This document shows positions 13,152-25,536 of a DNA stretch of 64,000 nucleotides, piece by piece (the stretch's first letter is position 1; each line of letters opens with the position of its first letter). Position numbers and translations under genes: made by a program. The stretch is from Squalus acanthias. Taxonomy: Eukaryota. Where the stretch lies: assembly GCA_030390025.1 (NCBI GenBank), contig CM059431.1, positions 122,328,001 to 122,392,000 of the forward strand. The letters run 5' to 3'. The notes under the pieces were generated by a model. It had not been told where the DNA came from. It made no database searches and worked only from the letters and a program-made list of their open reading frames with translations.

Positions 13152-13779
13152 AATTAAATAAATCTGTTGGACTATAACCTGGTGTTGTGCGACTTCTCAT
13201 TTTTATATTAGGATAGTTGAAGTCCCCCATTATCACTACTCTGTAGTTCTTGCATCTCTCTGTAATTTCTCTGCAAATTTGCTCTCCATATTTTTCCCAC
13301 TAGTTGGTGGCCTATAGAATACACCTAGTAGTGCAATGGCACCTCTATTATTTCTTAACTCTAGCCATATAGATTCTGTCCTTAACCCCTCCCGGACATC
13401 CTCTCTCTCCAGCACTGCAACATTCTCCTTAACCAATATTGCCACACCACCTCCTATCTTTCCTTCCCTAACACCTTATATCCTGGAATATTTAATACCC
13501 AATCCTGCCCTTTTTTGAGCCAGGTCTCCGTTAATGCCATGACATCATATTCCCATGTAGCTATATGCGCCTGCAGCTCACCAGCCTTGTTTACGATGTT
13601 TCTCGCGTTCACATACATACACTGTAAACCTATCTTAGACCATCCTTTGTTCTCTCTTAGTCTGGCCCCACCTAATACCTTACTATTTCTTGCTTTAGTG
13701 CTATCCGTCTCTCCCAATCCTTTGTGCACTTTGTTTCTCCTTTCTAATGCTACATCCTGGTGTCCATCCCCCTGCCAAC

Positions 13780-14530
13780 TTAGTTTAAACCCTCCCCAAC
13801 AGCACTAGCAAATCTTCCCGCGGGTATATTGGTCCCAGCTCTGTTGAGGTGCAACCCGTCCGGCCTGTACAGGTCCCACCTCCCCCAGAACCGGCCCCAA
13901 TGCCCGAGGAATCTGAAGCCCTCCCTCCTGCACCATCTCTCCAGCCAAGCATTCATCTGCTCAATCCTTCTATTTCTATACTCACTCGCGCGTGGCACCA
14001 GGAGTAATCCAGATATTACTACCTTTGAGGTCCTGCTTTTTAAACTCTTTCCTAGCTCCCTGAAATCTGCTTGCAGGACCTCATCCCTCTTTCTACCTGT
14101 GTTGTTGGTACCGATATGGACCACGACCTCTGGCTGTTCACCCTCCCCTCTCAGAATATTCTGCAGCCGCTCTGTGACATCCTTAACCCTGGCACCAGGG
14201 AGGCAACATATCATCCTGGAGTCACATCTGTGGCCATAGAAACGCCTGTCTGCTCCCCTAACTATCAAATCCCCTGCCACTATTGCTTTCCCTATCTTCC
14301 TCCTCCCCCCCCACCCCCTGTACAGCTGAGCCACCCATGGTGCCGTGGACTTGGCTCTGGCTGTACTCTCCAGAGGAACCATCGCCCTCACCAGTATTTA
14401 GAACAGAATACTGGTTGGAAAGTGAGATGCACTCAGGGGCCTCCTGCACTACCTGCCAGATCCTCCTCTTCTGTCTGGTGGTCACCCATTCCCTCTCTGC
14501 CTGCACACTTCTTAGCTGCGGGGTGACCAC
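13780..14530 (-). pseudogene. CR1 ORF1 SGNH/GDSL esterase-like domain, frameshifted
   Basis: ORFs 14258-14530 and 13780-14391: ISLSNQYSVL, GDLIVRG, CLPGARVKDV, HIGTN, DGLHLN. Confidence 0.88.
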
Positions 14531-15306
14531 CTCCTGAGATCTACGTAGCTTTCAGGAATCTTAAAAAGAGTGATAAACTTGCAAAATAGAGACAAAGGAT
14601 CAATACGAAATGTAAATACAAATTAAGTCAACTTGTATAGAACAATCTGTACCACTTTTAATAATTTTACAATTTTCATAATCCAGAAATTGATGAGTCT
14701 CCCACAGTGATACATGAGACATTGTATTGATTAAAACGGCTAACTAATATCTGAAGGTGAGTCATTAGTACTCAGTGGCAAGGTAGGATCAGTATTGGAA
14801 TAATTAATGTAGCACATTGTCTGCAGTGTGTCTAGCAGCTCATTTAACTTTTCAATTACTGTTTAGAGTTCCCTCAAATGTGCTTTAATGAAACAAATCT
14901 TTCAGTCCAGAAGGGAAATACAAAATAACTTTGTTTTCAAAATACAGATTCCCCTCCATTCAATACTAGAATCTTGAAACTTCCCTCCTGTAATCACTGC
15001 CCTATCTTTATTTCAATCGAGACAATCTATACTTCAATGTGATTAATATATCAAGTATGATGTAGTTTTGATTTGTTTTTATATATACAGGTACCATGAA
15101 TCACTAGGAAAATATCAGCCGTCTTTAAATTTAAATAATACTTAAGAAAACTGGGATTTCCAGATGAATATTAACAATTAAAATATAAAATGAAAACCTC
15201 AAAGTTAAAGTTCTAATGCAGGGACAGTAATCTGATGCATTGTTCTAAAATTTAAAAGTACACAATTCTGTTAGGGTAAATGTCCTGATCGGTAAAAAAA
15301 AAAATT

Positions 15307-15920
15307 ATCCTCCCTCATATGCTTAACTAGCCTCCCCTTAAATGCATCTGTACTATTCGCTTCAACCACTTCCTGTGGTAGCAAGTTCCACATTATCAAC
15401 ACTCTCTGGGTAAAGAGGTTTCTTCTGAATTTCCTATTTGATTTCTTTTTTTTATTTGTTTATGGGATGTGGGCGTCACTGGCAATGCCAGCATTTATTG
15501 CCCATCCCTAATTGTCCTTGAGAAGGTGGTGATGAGCCGCCTTCTTGAACTGCTGCAGTCCGTGTGGTGAAGGTACTCCCACAGTGCTGTTAGGTAGGGA
15601 GTTCCAGGATTTTGACCCAGCGATGATGAAGGAATGGCAATATACTTCTAAGTCAGGATGGTGTGTGACTTGGAGGGGAACTTGGAGGTGGTGGTGTTCC
15701 CATGCGCCTGCTGCCCTTGTCCTTCTAAGTGGAAGAGGACTTGATGACTATCTTGGTGGCCTCTAGTTTTTCTCTTCCCCACAAGTGGAAACATGCTCTC
15801 TGTGTCTACTCTATCAAAACCTTGCATTTTAAGACCTCTGTTAGGTCAGCCCTCAGCCTTCTCTTTTTAAGAGAAAGGAGACCCAGCCTGTTCATTCTTT
15901 CCTGATATGTATAACCTCGC
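15307..15920 (-). mobile_element. Old CR1 3' fragment interrupted (~15447-15735) by the 3' end of a different non-LTR retrotransposon
   Basis: CR1-like flanks similar to 7990-8170; insert on minus strand reads ..GLQQFKKAAHHHLLKDN* followed by a short UTR with AATAAA and an A-rich tail. Confidence 0.65.
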
Positions 15921-16602
15921 AAATCAGGCAACAGTATGTGATTTCCCTAACTACCAATGCATGAGTTGCCAATCACATTTTCTATGCCTGAAGCTCGCCC
16001 ACAGTTTTAAAAATAGCAAATATACAAAAGATAGGTGCACTATGTGTCAGGTGGATGTGATTCTTACATCACCCAACTTCTAGTTGAGATTATGCCTCAT
16101 TAGAAAATTAGTGCTGTTATGTGAAGTCAAATAGATTAGCGCGTACTACAGGGTAGAAATTACTGTTGATAACGTTATCGCACAAACACTTAACGCATTT
16201 GTTTCCACTCTTTCCACTATGAAAATAAATAGATAAACACCCCCATTAAAATAGTGGACAGTGGGGCTTTAAGCATTCATATGATAACATTGGTTTTGGT
16301 ACCTTCTATCTTTATATACCACAAGGTAAACATTAGCAAGGACCTTAGGACTGGCACCATTACTTCACATCAACATCTGCTACTTCCATGAAGGAATGCT
16401 ACCTTATTATCGGAGTGAAATTACTCTTCATGGATTAGCAGTGTGTTAATTGAGATTTTAAATATTTACCAGGTTTTTTTGACATATTCACAGGAATGTC
16501 TAACTTTATCCTGTGTGCATTATGGGAGCTTGGTGACAATCGCGTGTGCTAAAAAAAATGCATAAATGAATGGCCAATCTAATGGCCGCTGCAAGAATAT
16601 TG

Positions 16603-16687
16603 GCCCAGAATTTGCGGTTAGCGGCGAAGCAAAAGTGTTTGTCGCTGGCCCCGAAGTAAGCTTCGTACAAAGATCTCGCAATCTCGG
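16603..16687. mobile_element. Terminal fragment of a GGCC-type MITE
   Basis: GGCCCAGAATTTGC terminus preceded by ATT; similar in reverse to ~62088-62155. Confidence 0.6.
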
Positions 16688-16956
16688 TGTCAACTACCCT
16701 GATATTAATTGGACAGAAGAGGTGGGTAAAGGGGATAAGGGAATGGAGTTCCTACAATGTGTACAGAACTCCTTTCCAACCAGTATGTAAGAAGCCCAAC
16801 AAGGGAGGATTCACTACTGGATCCAGTAATGGGGAATGAACCAGAGCAGATAAAAGAAGTAAAAATGGGGAACATCTAGGAAATAGTGACCATCATATAA
16901 TACGCTTTAAGATAATAATTGAGAAGGACATAAGTATGACGAAGAACAGTGTAATA

Positions 16957-17174
16957 AAAAGAAAGATTTGTATTTATATAGCGCCTTCACGACCACCAGA
17001 CGTCCCAAAGCACTTTATAGCCAAAGATGTAATTTTTGAAGTGTAGTCACTGTTGTAATGTAGGAAACGCAGCAGCCAATTTGTGCACAGCAAGCTCCCA
17101 CAAACAGCAATGTGATAATGACCAGCTAATCTGTTTTTATTATGTTGATTGAGGGATAAATATTGGCCAGGACA
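16957..17174 (-). mobile_element. Truncated SacSINE1-like (Deu-type) SINE
   Basis: Same sequence as the tail half of copies at 31481, 40506, 41129, 61088. Confidence 0.8.
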
Positions 17175-18396
17175 GATTGGAGAAAAGCCGATTTTGAGTT
17201 GCTGAGAATAAAATGGACAACAATATCAGCAAGCAATTTTGTAGAACAGCAGTGGGAAATATTTAAAACTGTGTTCAAAAGAGTCCGGGAAAAATATATT
17301 CCGCTAAAAGACAAGAACAAGCTAAAAACTAATGAGACACCATGAATGAATAAAGACATAAGGGAAAAATTGAGGGTAAGGAAAGAGGCATACACTAAGT
17401 ACATGGACAGCAGGGGAGAGCAAGACAAGAGAGAATACGAATTAGAAAGGCAAAAAGGAACTATGGAATTAAATTATCAAGGAACAAAAAACAAAATAGT
17501 AAAATATTTTACATACACATAAATACAAAAAGGACATTTGGGATGGGAATAGGGCCACTAAGGGATGGACAGGATAATATCACAGGTAGTGATAAAGAGA
17601 TGGAAGAAATATTAAACAATTACTTTGCTTCAGTATTTAACAGGTAGACAGAGCAGGTGGACATGACATTGGATAATGAGATTAGAAATGAGATAACTGC
17701 ATTTAAAATAAAGAGGAAAAGTATTAAATAAACTAATCAAACTCAAGGAGGATAAAACCCTTGGTCTGGACAGATTACATCTGCGCATTGTAAAAGAATC
17801 TAGGAACGAGATAGCAGAGGTATTATTACACATATTTAATAATTCATTAGAACAAGGTGTAGTGCCAGAGGACTGGCGGATAGCTAACGTAATACCTATA
17901 TTTAAGAAGGGAGATAGAACATGTCCAGTGAACTATAGACCAGTCAGCTTAACATCAGTGGTAGGAAAAATAATGGAATCCCTACTAAAGGAGAAAATAG
18001 AAGGTCATCTAGAAACCAAAAATATAATAATGAATAGTCAGCATGGATTTCAAAAGGGAAAGTCTTGCTTGACCAACCTCCTTAAATTTTTTGAAGAGGT
18101 AACAGAGAGAGTAGACAATGGTAATGCAGTAGATGTAATTTATCTAAATTTTCAAAAGGCCTTCGATAAGGTACCCCATAATAGACTAATGAATAAGGTC
18201 AGAGCATGCGCAGTCAGGGGACAAGTAGCAGAACGCATAGCTAGCTGGCTTCAAGACAGAAAGCAGAGAGTAGGGGTAAAGGGTAGCTATTCAGAGTGGC
18301 AGAAGGTGGAAGTGGTGTTCCACTAGCATCAGTGCTGGGACCACTGTTGTTCACAATTTATATTAACGATTTAGAATTTGGAATCAAAAACATAAT

Positions 18397-19138
18397 GGCC
18401 CAGAAATTAAAGTCTGAGTGTTGACGCGGGGGTAAGGCTTCCCCGCGATCTCTCACTCCGCGTTGGCTTTTTCAGATCCAGCTCGCACGAACTTGATGTT
18501 CTAGACATCAGCTGGGCAGTGCTTGCGTATCCCACCGGCGTAGTGAATTCGTGCGAGCTGTGGGATCACGTGACTCAGTTAGAGCCAATGGCAGCACACC
18601 ATCTTCCATTCATAAGTTTCACATAAGTGCTGTGAAAGCTATGAATCTTACACACCCCCAAAATAACAGCTAAACCTCAATTAAATTTAAAAAAAACCAT
18701 CACATTAATAAAATAAGTATAGTTAAATAAATTAACCATTTTAAATAAAAAATTAAATTTTTGAAAAAATTTAAAATCTTTTAAAAAGTTATAAAAATAA
18801 ACTTACCTGTCTTTAAAGTCTCTAAAAAAGATATACCTGTTAAAAAAAATTCAAAATAATACTTAATTCACTACTTACCTTGTTAAAAGTGGGTCTTACT
18901 CCTCTTTTTTTCATTTCTAAAATCTTCCGTCCTTACCTGCGCGTCCAAAGCACTGAGTGCACAGCATGCCCGCAGCCTGTAGCGCACACGCGGTGCACCG
19001 AGGAACCGCCCCCTTTTCCAAAAACCAAGTGCCGGTTTTCAGCGCATGCGCAGTGCATGCAGAAAACCGGCAATTGGTGACAGAATACGCGAGAGTACAC
19101 AGTGCGTACTCTCGCGTATCAAGACTAATTTTTGGGCC
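18397..19138. mobile_element. Harbinger-type MITE, family A copy 2, inserted in CR1 RT
   Basis: TIRs GGCCCAGAAATTA / TAATTTTTGGGCC; TSD AAT (18394-96; 19139-41); excision restores CR1 sequence AACATAATTTCTAAATTTGCAGATGAC. Confidence 0.92.
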
Positions 19139-19495
19139 AATTTCTAAATTTGCAGATGACACCAAATTGGGGAGGATAGTCAATACTGAGGAGGACTGCA
19201 ACAGCGGCGAGAGCAGGACCAGGGGAGGAGCGGCGGACATAAAAGCGACGAGCTGGGAGCAGGAGTGGACGGACCTGTGAGGTGGGGGGATGGAATCAAA
19301 GGGTGACGTCATAGGAAAGCAGGTGAGTGATTGGTTGGGGAGTATTTCTCTTATTCTCTTGTTTTCTCTTTTTCTCTAAACTAGGACACTGGTTTAAATT
19401 ATGAGCCATGATTATAGATTAAAAACTACACATAGATAATTGAGTGATATTTCAAAACTTAAAACATTTAATTAGCTAAATAAAATACAATAGAG

Positions 19496-20443
19496 ATGGC
19501 AGGGCAGGTGATGTGTTGCAGCTGTAGCATGTGGGAGCTGGTGGACCCCAGTGTGATCCACAGCGACCACATCTGCAGTAAGTGTTGGGAGCTCGAGGAA
19601 CTTCGGCTCAGAGTTGATGAGCTGGAGAACGAGCTTCGGACAATGCGATGCATCAGGGAAGGGGAGAGTTATCTGGGCACTTTGATCCAGGAAGCAGTCA
19701 CACCCCTTAGGTTAAATACTTCAAATTTGGTCCATGGTCAGGGACAGGAGGGTGTGACTATGAGTGAGGCAGTTATGGGGATCCGGAAGGTAGCATTGGA
19801 GGAGCCTCAGCCCTTGCACTTGTCCAACAGGTACGAGGTTCTTGCAGCCTGTGTGGACAAGAGCAGGGATGGCAGGGAGGATGAGCAAACTGACCACAGC
19901 ACTGTGGTACAGGGGGCCATTCAATTTGGGGGAGTAAAAAGGAATGTAGTGGTAGGGGACAGTATAGTTAGAGCGATAGATACTGTTCTCTGCAACCGAG
20001 AGCGTGAGTCTCAAAGACTGTGTTACCTGCCAGTGCCAGGGTTAATGACATCTCCTCCGGGCTGGAGAGGAACTTGGAGTGGGAAGGGGAGGATCCAGTT
20101 GTCATGGTCCACGTAGGTACCAATAAAATAGGTAAGACTAAGAAAGAGGTTCTGCTGCGGGAGTATGAGCAACTAGGGGCTAAATTAAAAAGCAGAACCA
20201 CAAAGGTAATAATCTCTGGATTACTACCTGAGCCATGAGCAAATTGGCATAGGGTCAATAAGATCAAAGAGTTGAATGCATGGCTCAAAGATTGGTGTGG
20301 GAGAAATGGGTTTCGATTCATGGGGCACTGGCATCAGTACTGGGGAAAGAGGGAGCTGTTCTATTGAGACGGGCTTCACATGAACCATGCTGGGACCAGT
20401 GTCCTGGCGAATTGAATAACTAGGGCTATAGATAGGGCTTTAA
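19496..20443 (+). pseudogene. CR1 ORF1 (Cys-rich zinc finger, coiled coil, SGNH esterase), frameshifted
   Basis: MAGQVMCCSCSMW..HICSKC, heptad LEELRLRVDELENEL, GDSIVR, HVGTN, DGLH; frameshift near 20035 and internal stops. Confidence 0.9.
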
Positions 20444-20629
20444 ACTAAATAATGGGGAGGAGGGGTCAGGTGAGGGGAAATTTAGAAAGTTAAAGAGAAA
20501 AGACAAGGCAATAGTGCAGGGTAGCAGTAGGGGTAATGATAACCAGAGTGTAACAGGATGGGACAGAGCGTACAAATATAAGAGTGTACCAGCAAATAGG
20601 GCCAGAGTAGGGAAAAATGTTAAAAAGAC

Positions 20630-23600
20630 AAAATTGAAGGCTCTTTATCTGAATGCACGCAGCATTCATAACAAGATAAATAAATTGATGGCTCAAATAG
20701 AAATAAATGGGTATGATCTGATAGCCATTACGGAGACGTGGTTGCCAGGTGACCAAGGCAGGGAACTGAATATTATGGGGTATTTGACATTTTGGAAGGA
20801 TAGGCAGAAAGGAAAAAGGAGGTGGGGTAGCTCTGTTAATAAAGGATGAGATCAGTACAGTAGTGAGAAATGATCTTGGCTCGGAAGATCAAGATGTAGA
20901 ATCAGTTTGGGTGGAGTAAGAAATAGAAAGGAAAATAAGTCACTGGTGGGAGTTGTCTATAGGCCCCCTAACAGTAGCTACACTGTAGGGAAAAGTATAA
21001 ATCAAGAAATAATGGGGGGCTTGTAAGAAAGATACTGCAATAATCATGGGTGATTTTAATCTTCATATCGATTGGACAAATCAAATTGACAATGGTAGCC
21101 TTGAGGACGAGCTCATAGAGTATATTCGGGATGGTTTCTTAGAATAATACGTTGTGGAACTGACCAGGGAACAGCCTATTTTAGAACTGGTAATGTGTAA
21201 TGAGACAGGATTAATTAATGATCTCATAGCGATGGATCCTCTGGGGAAGAGTGATCATAACATGATAGAATTTCACATTCAGTTTGAGGGTGAGAAACTT
21301 GGGTCTGAAACTAGTGTCCTTAACTTAAATAAAGGCAATTACAAAGGTATGAAGACAGAGTTGGCTAAACGGACTGGGAAAATAGATTAAATGGTAAGAT
21401 GGTAGATAAGCAGTGGCGGATATTTAAGAAGATATTTCATAACTCTCAACAAAGATATATTCCAGTAAGAAAGAAAGACTCTACGAGAAGGATGAACCAT
21501 CCGTGGCTAACTAAGGAAGTTAAGGATGGTATCAAATTGAAAGAAAAGGCATACAATGTTGCAAAGATTAGTGGTAGGCCAGAAAACTAGGAATTTTTTA
21601 GGAAACCAGCAAAGGATGACTAAAAAAATTATAAACAGGGAGAAAGTAGATTATGAGAGTAAACTAGCAAGAAATGTAAAAACAGACAGTACGAACTTCT
21701 ACAAGTATATAAAAAGGAAGAGAGTAGCTAAAGTAAACGTTAGTCCCTTAGAGGATGAGACTGGGGAATTAATAATGGGAACCAAGGAAATGGCTGAGAC
21801 TTTGAACAAATATTTTCACGGTAGAAGACACTAAAAGCATCCCAATAATAGTAGATAATCAAGGGGCAAAAAGGAGGGAGGAACTTAAAACAATCACTAT
21901 CACTAGAGAAAATGTACTAGGCAAACTAATGGGACTAAAGGCTGACATGTCTCCTGGACCTGATGGCCTGCATCCTAGAGTCTTAAAGGAGGTGACTGCA
22001 GAGATAGTGGATGCATTGGTTGTGATCTTCCAAAATTCCCTAGATTCTAGAAAGGTCCCAGTGGATTGGAAAACCGCAAATGTAACACTTCTATTCAAGA
22101 AAGGAGGGAGACAGAAAGCAGGAAACTATAGACCAGTTAGCCTAACATCTGTCATTGGGAAAATGCTGGAATCCATTATTAAGGAAGTAATAGCAGGACA
22201 TTTAGAAAATCATAATACAATCAAACAGAGTCAACATGGTTTTATGAAAGGGAAATCATGTTTGACAAATTTATTAGAGTTCTTTGAGGATGTAATGAGC
22301 AGGGTGGATCAAGGGGAATCAGTAGATGTAGTGTATTTGGATTTCCAAAAGGCATTGGATAAGGTGCCACATAAAAGGTTATTGCACAAGATAAGAGCTC
22401 ACGGTATTGGGGATAATATATTAGCATGGATAGAGGATTGGCTAACTGACAGAAACCAGAGAGTCAGGAAAAAACGGGTCATTTTCAGGTTGGCAAACTG
22501 TAACTAGTGGAGTGCCACAGGGATCAGTACTGGGGCCTCAACTATTTACAATCTCTATTAATGACTTGGATGAAGCGACCGAGTGGACTGTAGTCAAATT
22601 TGCTGACAATACAAAGATAGGTGGGAAAGCAAGTTGTGAGGAGGACACAAAGAGCTGCAAAGGGCTATATATAGGTTAAGCGAGTGGGCAAAAATTTGGC
22701 AGATGGCGTATAATGTTGGAAAATATGAGGTTATGCATTTTGGTAGGAAGAATAGAAAAGCAAAATATTATTTAAATGGAGAGAGACTACAGAATGCTGC
22801 GGTACAGAGGGATCTGGGTGTCCTCGTACATGAAACACAAAAAGTTAGCATGCAGGTACAGCAAGTAATTAGGAAGGTAAATGGAATGTTGGCCTTTATT
22901 GCTATGGGGATGGAGTGTAAAAGTAGGGAAGTCTTGCTACAACTGTACAGAGCATTGGTGAGACCACACCTGGAGTACTGTGTACAGTTTTGGTCACCTT
23001 ATTTAAGGAGGGATATACTTGCATTGGAGGGTGTTCAGCGAAGATTCACTAGGTTGATTGCTGAGATGAAAGGGTTGTCTTATGAGGAAAGATTGAGCAG
23101 GTCGGGCCTATACTCATTGGAGTTTAGAAGAATGAGAGGTAATCTTATTGAAACATATAAGATTCTGAGGGGGCTTGACAGGGTAGATGCTGAGAGGATC
23201 TAGAACTAGGAGCCATAGTTTCAGGATAAGGGGTCGCCCATTTAAGATGGAGATGAAGAGGCAATTCTTCTCTCAGAGGGTTATGAATTTTTGGAATTCT
23301 CTACCCCAGAGAGCTGTGGAGGCTAAGGGGTAAAAATTCACTTGGTTGCACCACCCGTTAGCGCCTTAAGAGGGCGCTAATGGGGCGCAAAGCCGCTAAC
23401 GCCCGGGCGCAGCGATGTTTGCGCCGCTCGAGAACTTAACTTGAGATTGTGCGGCGGCGCTAAAACTTACCGCTGCGACCACCTGCGCGCGCAGATTGTG
23501 ACGTCATTCCATGGTGCAACGCCCTTGGGGCGCCCCGTAGCGGATATTGAGTGGCGCCCCCTGCCTTACCGCCTGGCGCTTCCAACGACCAGAAGACTGG

Positions 23601-24260
23601 AACGCTATCAATCGCTGTGGGGCTGGGGGGGGCGCTATTTAAAGGGGGCCTCTTCCTGTCTTTTATTGTTGGTGGCATTTTTGAACTACGCATTCTGTGA
23701 GAGAGAGGGAGAGACTTCTGGAGAGATTCAACGTTGTGTGAAGGAGTTTTGGGTACTGAGCAGCACTTTGCAGGTTCATTTTGATTTGCCATTCCTTGTA
23801 TCGATTTAGCAGAGACCGTGGGAGCTGCACTCTGAGCTCTTTGCCTGGTGCTCTCCATTGTTCTTTCCAGCACATTTGATGTGCAAGTCTCTCCAGGCCG
23901 AGATTCAAGGCAGCAATGAACAGGATGTGGATGGAAAGCAAGATTAACCATCCCCTTTAAGAACTGGCCCGTGCCATTGTGTGTGTGTTCCATTGCTGAC
24001 TGACATTACATGAGCTTCGCCAGCGCTCCGAGTTAGCGCCTCACTGCTCGGCCTTTGCGCCTTAAGAGAGGTGTGCAGCGCCTGCTTTAGCGCTCCACTC
24101 ACCTCCCGGGGCGGTAAAAGTGAAGTTTCCCGTCAGTGCCGATAATTAGCGCCAGGCGCTAATATTTGCGTCCGGACGATATTTGCGCCCCAAATGGGGC
24201 GCGACCTAATTTCTACCCCTAAGACTTTGAATATATTCAAGGCTGAGAGAGACAGATATT
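20630..24260 (+). pseudogene. CR1 ORF2 APE endonuclease/reverse transcriptase, disrupted
   Basis: ORF pieces 20514-20849, 21154-21390, 21929-22507, 22703-23203 with canonical CR1 motifs. Confidence 0.9.
23327..24219. mobile_element. Non-autonomous Harbinger (MITE-1, 893 bp) related to 26274-30435
   Basis: TIRs GGGGTAAAAATT / AATTTCTACCCC, TSD TAA; both ends near-identical to the full-length element. Confidence 0.95.
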
Positions 24261-24638
24261 TGAGCTCCAGGGGAATCAAGGGTTATGGGGAACAGGCAGG
24301 AAAGTGGAGTTGAGGCCAAGATCAGATCAGCCATGATCTTATTGAATTGTGGAGCAGGCTCAAGGGGCCAAATGGCCTATTCCTGTGTACGATTCTCAAA
24401 ATTCCCACATTTCCCAAGTCATCAATAAGGGAACCCTCAAGGGAATGGCTTTTATTATGGCAGGAAAAATGCAAGGTTAAAGTAGGACACTGCAGACAGG
24501 AGGTCGAGTTTAAAAGGCCTAGAACTTGAAATGCCTGGGCTTGTAGAATACAGCTTTGATTGTTACCTGAAGCCAGACAACTTGAGGAGACAGAATACGC
24601 ATTCTTCCCTTAAAACAATCAACCCAGGAAAAGACTTA

Positions 24639-25536
24639 GGGGGAAAAATTCAGTTGGTTGCGCCTCCCGTTAGCGCCTTAAGAGGGCGCTAATGGGGCGC
24701 AAAGCATCTAGCGCCTAGGCGTGGCGAAGTTTGCGCCGCTCGCGAAATTAACTAGACATTTTGCGGCGGCGCTAAACACTACTGCCACGATCTCCTGCGC
24801 CGGCAGATCGTGATGTCAGTCGAGTGCACAACACCCCGGTATCGCCCCGGAGCAGATATTGAGTGGCGCCCCCTGCCTTACTGCCTGACGCTAGCAACGA
24901 CAGGTTGAGGGGAGCGTTTCTGCAGTCATGAAGGGAAAGGGGGAGCGCTATTTAAAGGTGACCGCTTCCTGCCTTTTATTGTTGGTGCCATTTTTGAACT
25001 ACGCATTCTGAGAGAGAGAGAGAGAGAGAGACTTCTGGAGAGATTCAACGTTGTGTGAAGGAGTTTTGGGTACTGAGCAGCACTTTGCAGGTTCATTTTG
25101 ATTTGCCATTCCTTGTATCGATTTAGAAGAGATTGTGGGGGCTGCACTCTGAGCTCTTTGCCTGGTACTCTCCATTGTTCTTTCCAGCAGATTTGATGTG
25201 CAGGTCTCTCCAGGCCGAGATTCAAGGCTGCAATGAGCAGGATCTGGATGGAAAGCAAGATTAACCATCCCCTTTAAGAACTGGCCCGTGCCATTGTGTG
25301 TGTGTTCCATTGCTGACTGACATTACATGAACTTCGCCAGCGCTCTGAGGTAGCGCCTCGCTCCTCGGCCTTTGCACCTTAAGACAGGTGTGAAGCGCCT
25401 GATTTTGCGCTCCAATCACCTCCAGGGGCGATAAAAGTCAAGTTTGCAGTCGGTGGCGATAATTAGCGCCAGGCGCTAATCTTTGCGCCCGGCCGATAAT
25501 TGCGCCCCAAATGGGGCGATACTGAATTTCTCCCCC
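24639..25536. mobile_element. Non-autonomous Harbinger (MITE-2, 898 bp)
   Basis: TIRs GGGGGAAAAATTCAGT / ACTGAATTTCTCCCCC (15/16), TSD TTA. Confidence 0.95.

Larger units (their letters stand above)
12973..13204. mobile_element. Penelope-like element remnant: two inverted pseudo-LTR copies forming a perfect palindrome
   Basis: Arms 13008-13105 and 13107-13204 are exact reverse complements (98 bp, 1-nt spacer); first ~125 bp nearly identical to the end of the GIY-YIG element at 42421-42547; flanked by TATCTTAGGATA / TATATTAGGATA (TSD-like). Confidence 0.9.
10515..14536 (-). mobile_element. Near full-length degenerate CR1 LINE (ORF1 esterase + ORF2 APE/RT), interrupted at 12973-13204
   Basis: ORF1 remnant (GDLIVR, HIGTNN, DGLHLN: SGNH-esterase blocks), ORF2 start YVNARNI, TETW, YRPP, RT motifs, tail at ~10515; multiple frameshifts. 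Confidence 0.95.

Noticed and set aside
13008..13204. miRNA precursor
   Set aside because: Fully explained as inverted Penelope pLTRs; perfect 98-bp stem with 1-nt loop is atypical, and there are no expression data.
14686..15145. Plus-strand host exons (donor at ~14757, acceptor at ~15090)
   Set aside because: The upstream candidate exon has stops in all frames and the downstream peptide is unrecognisable.
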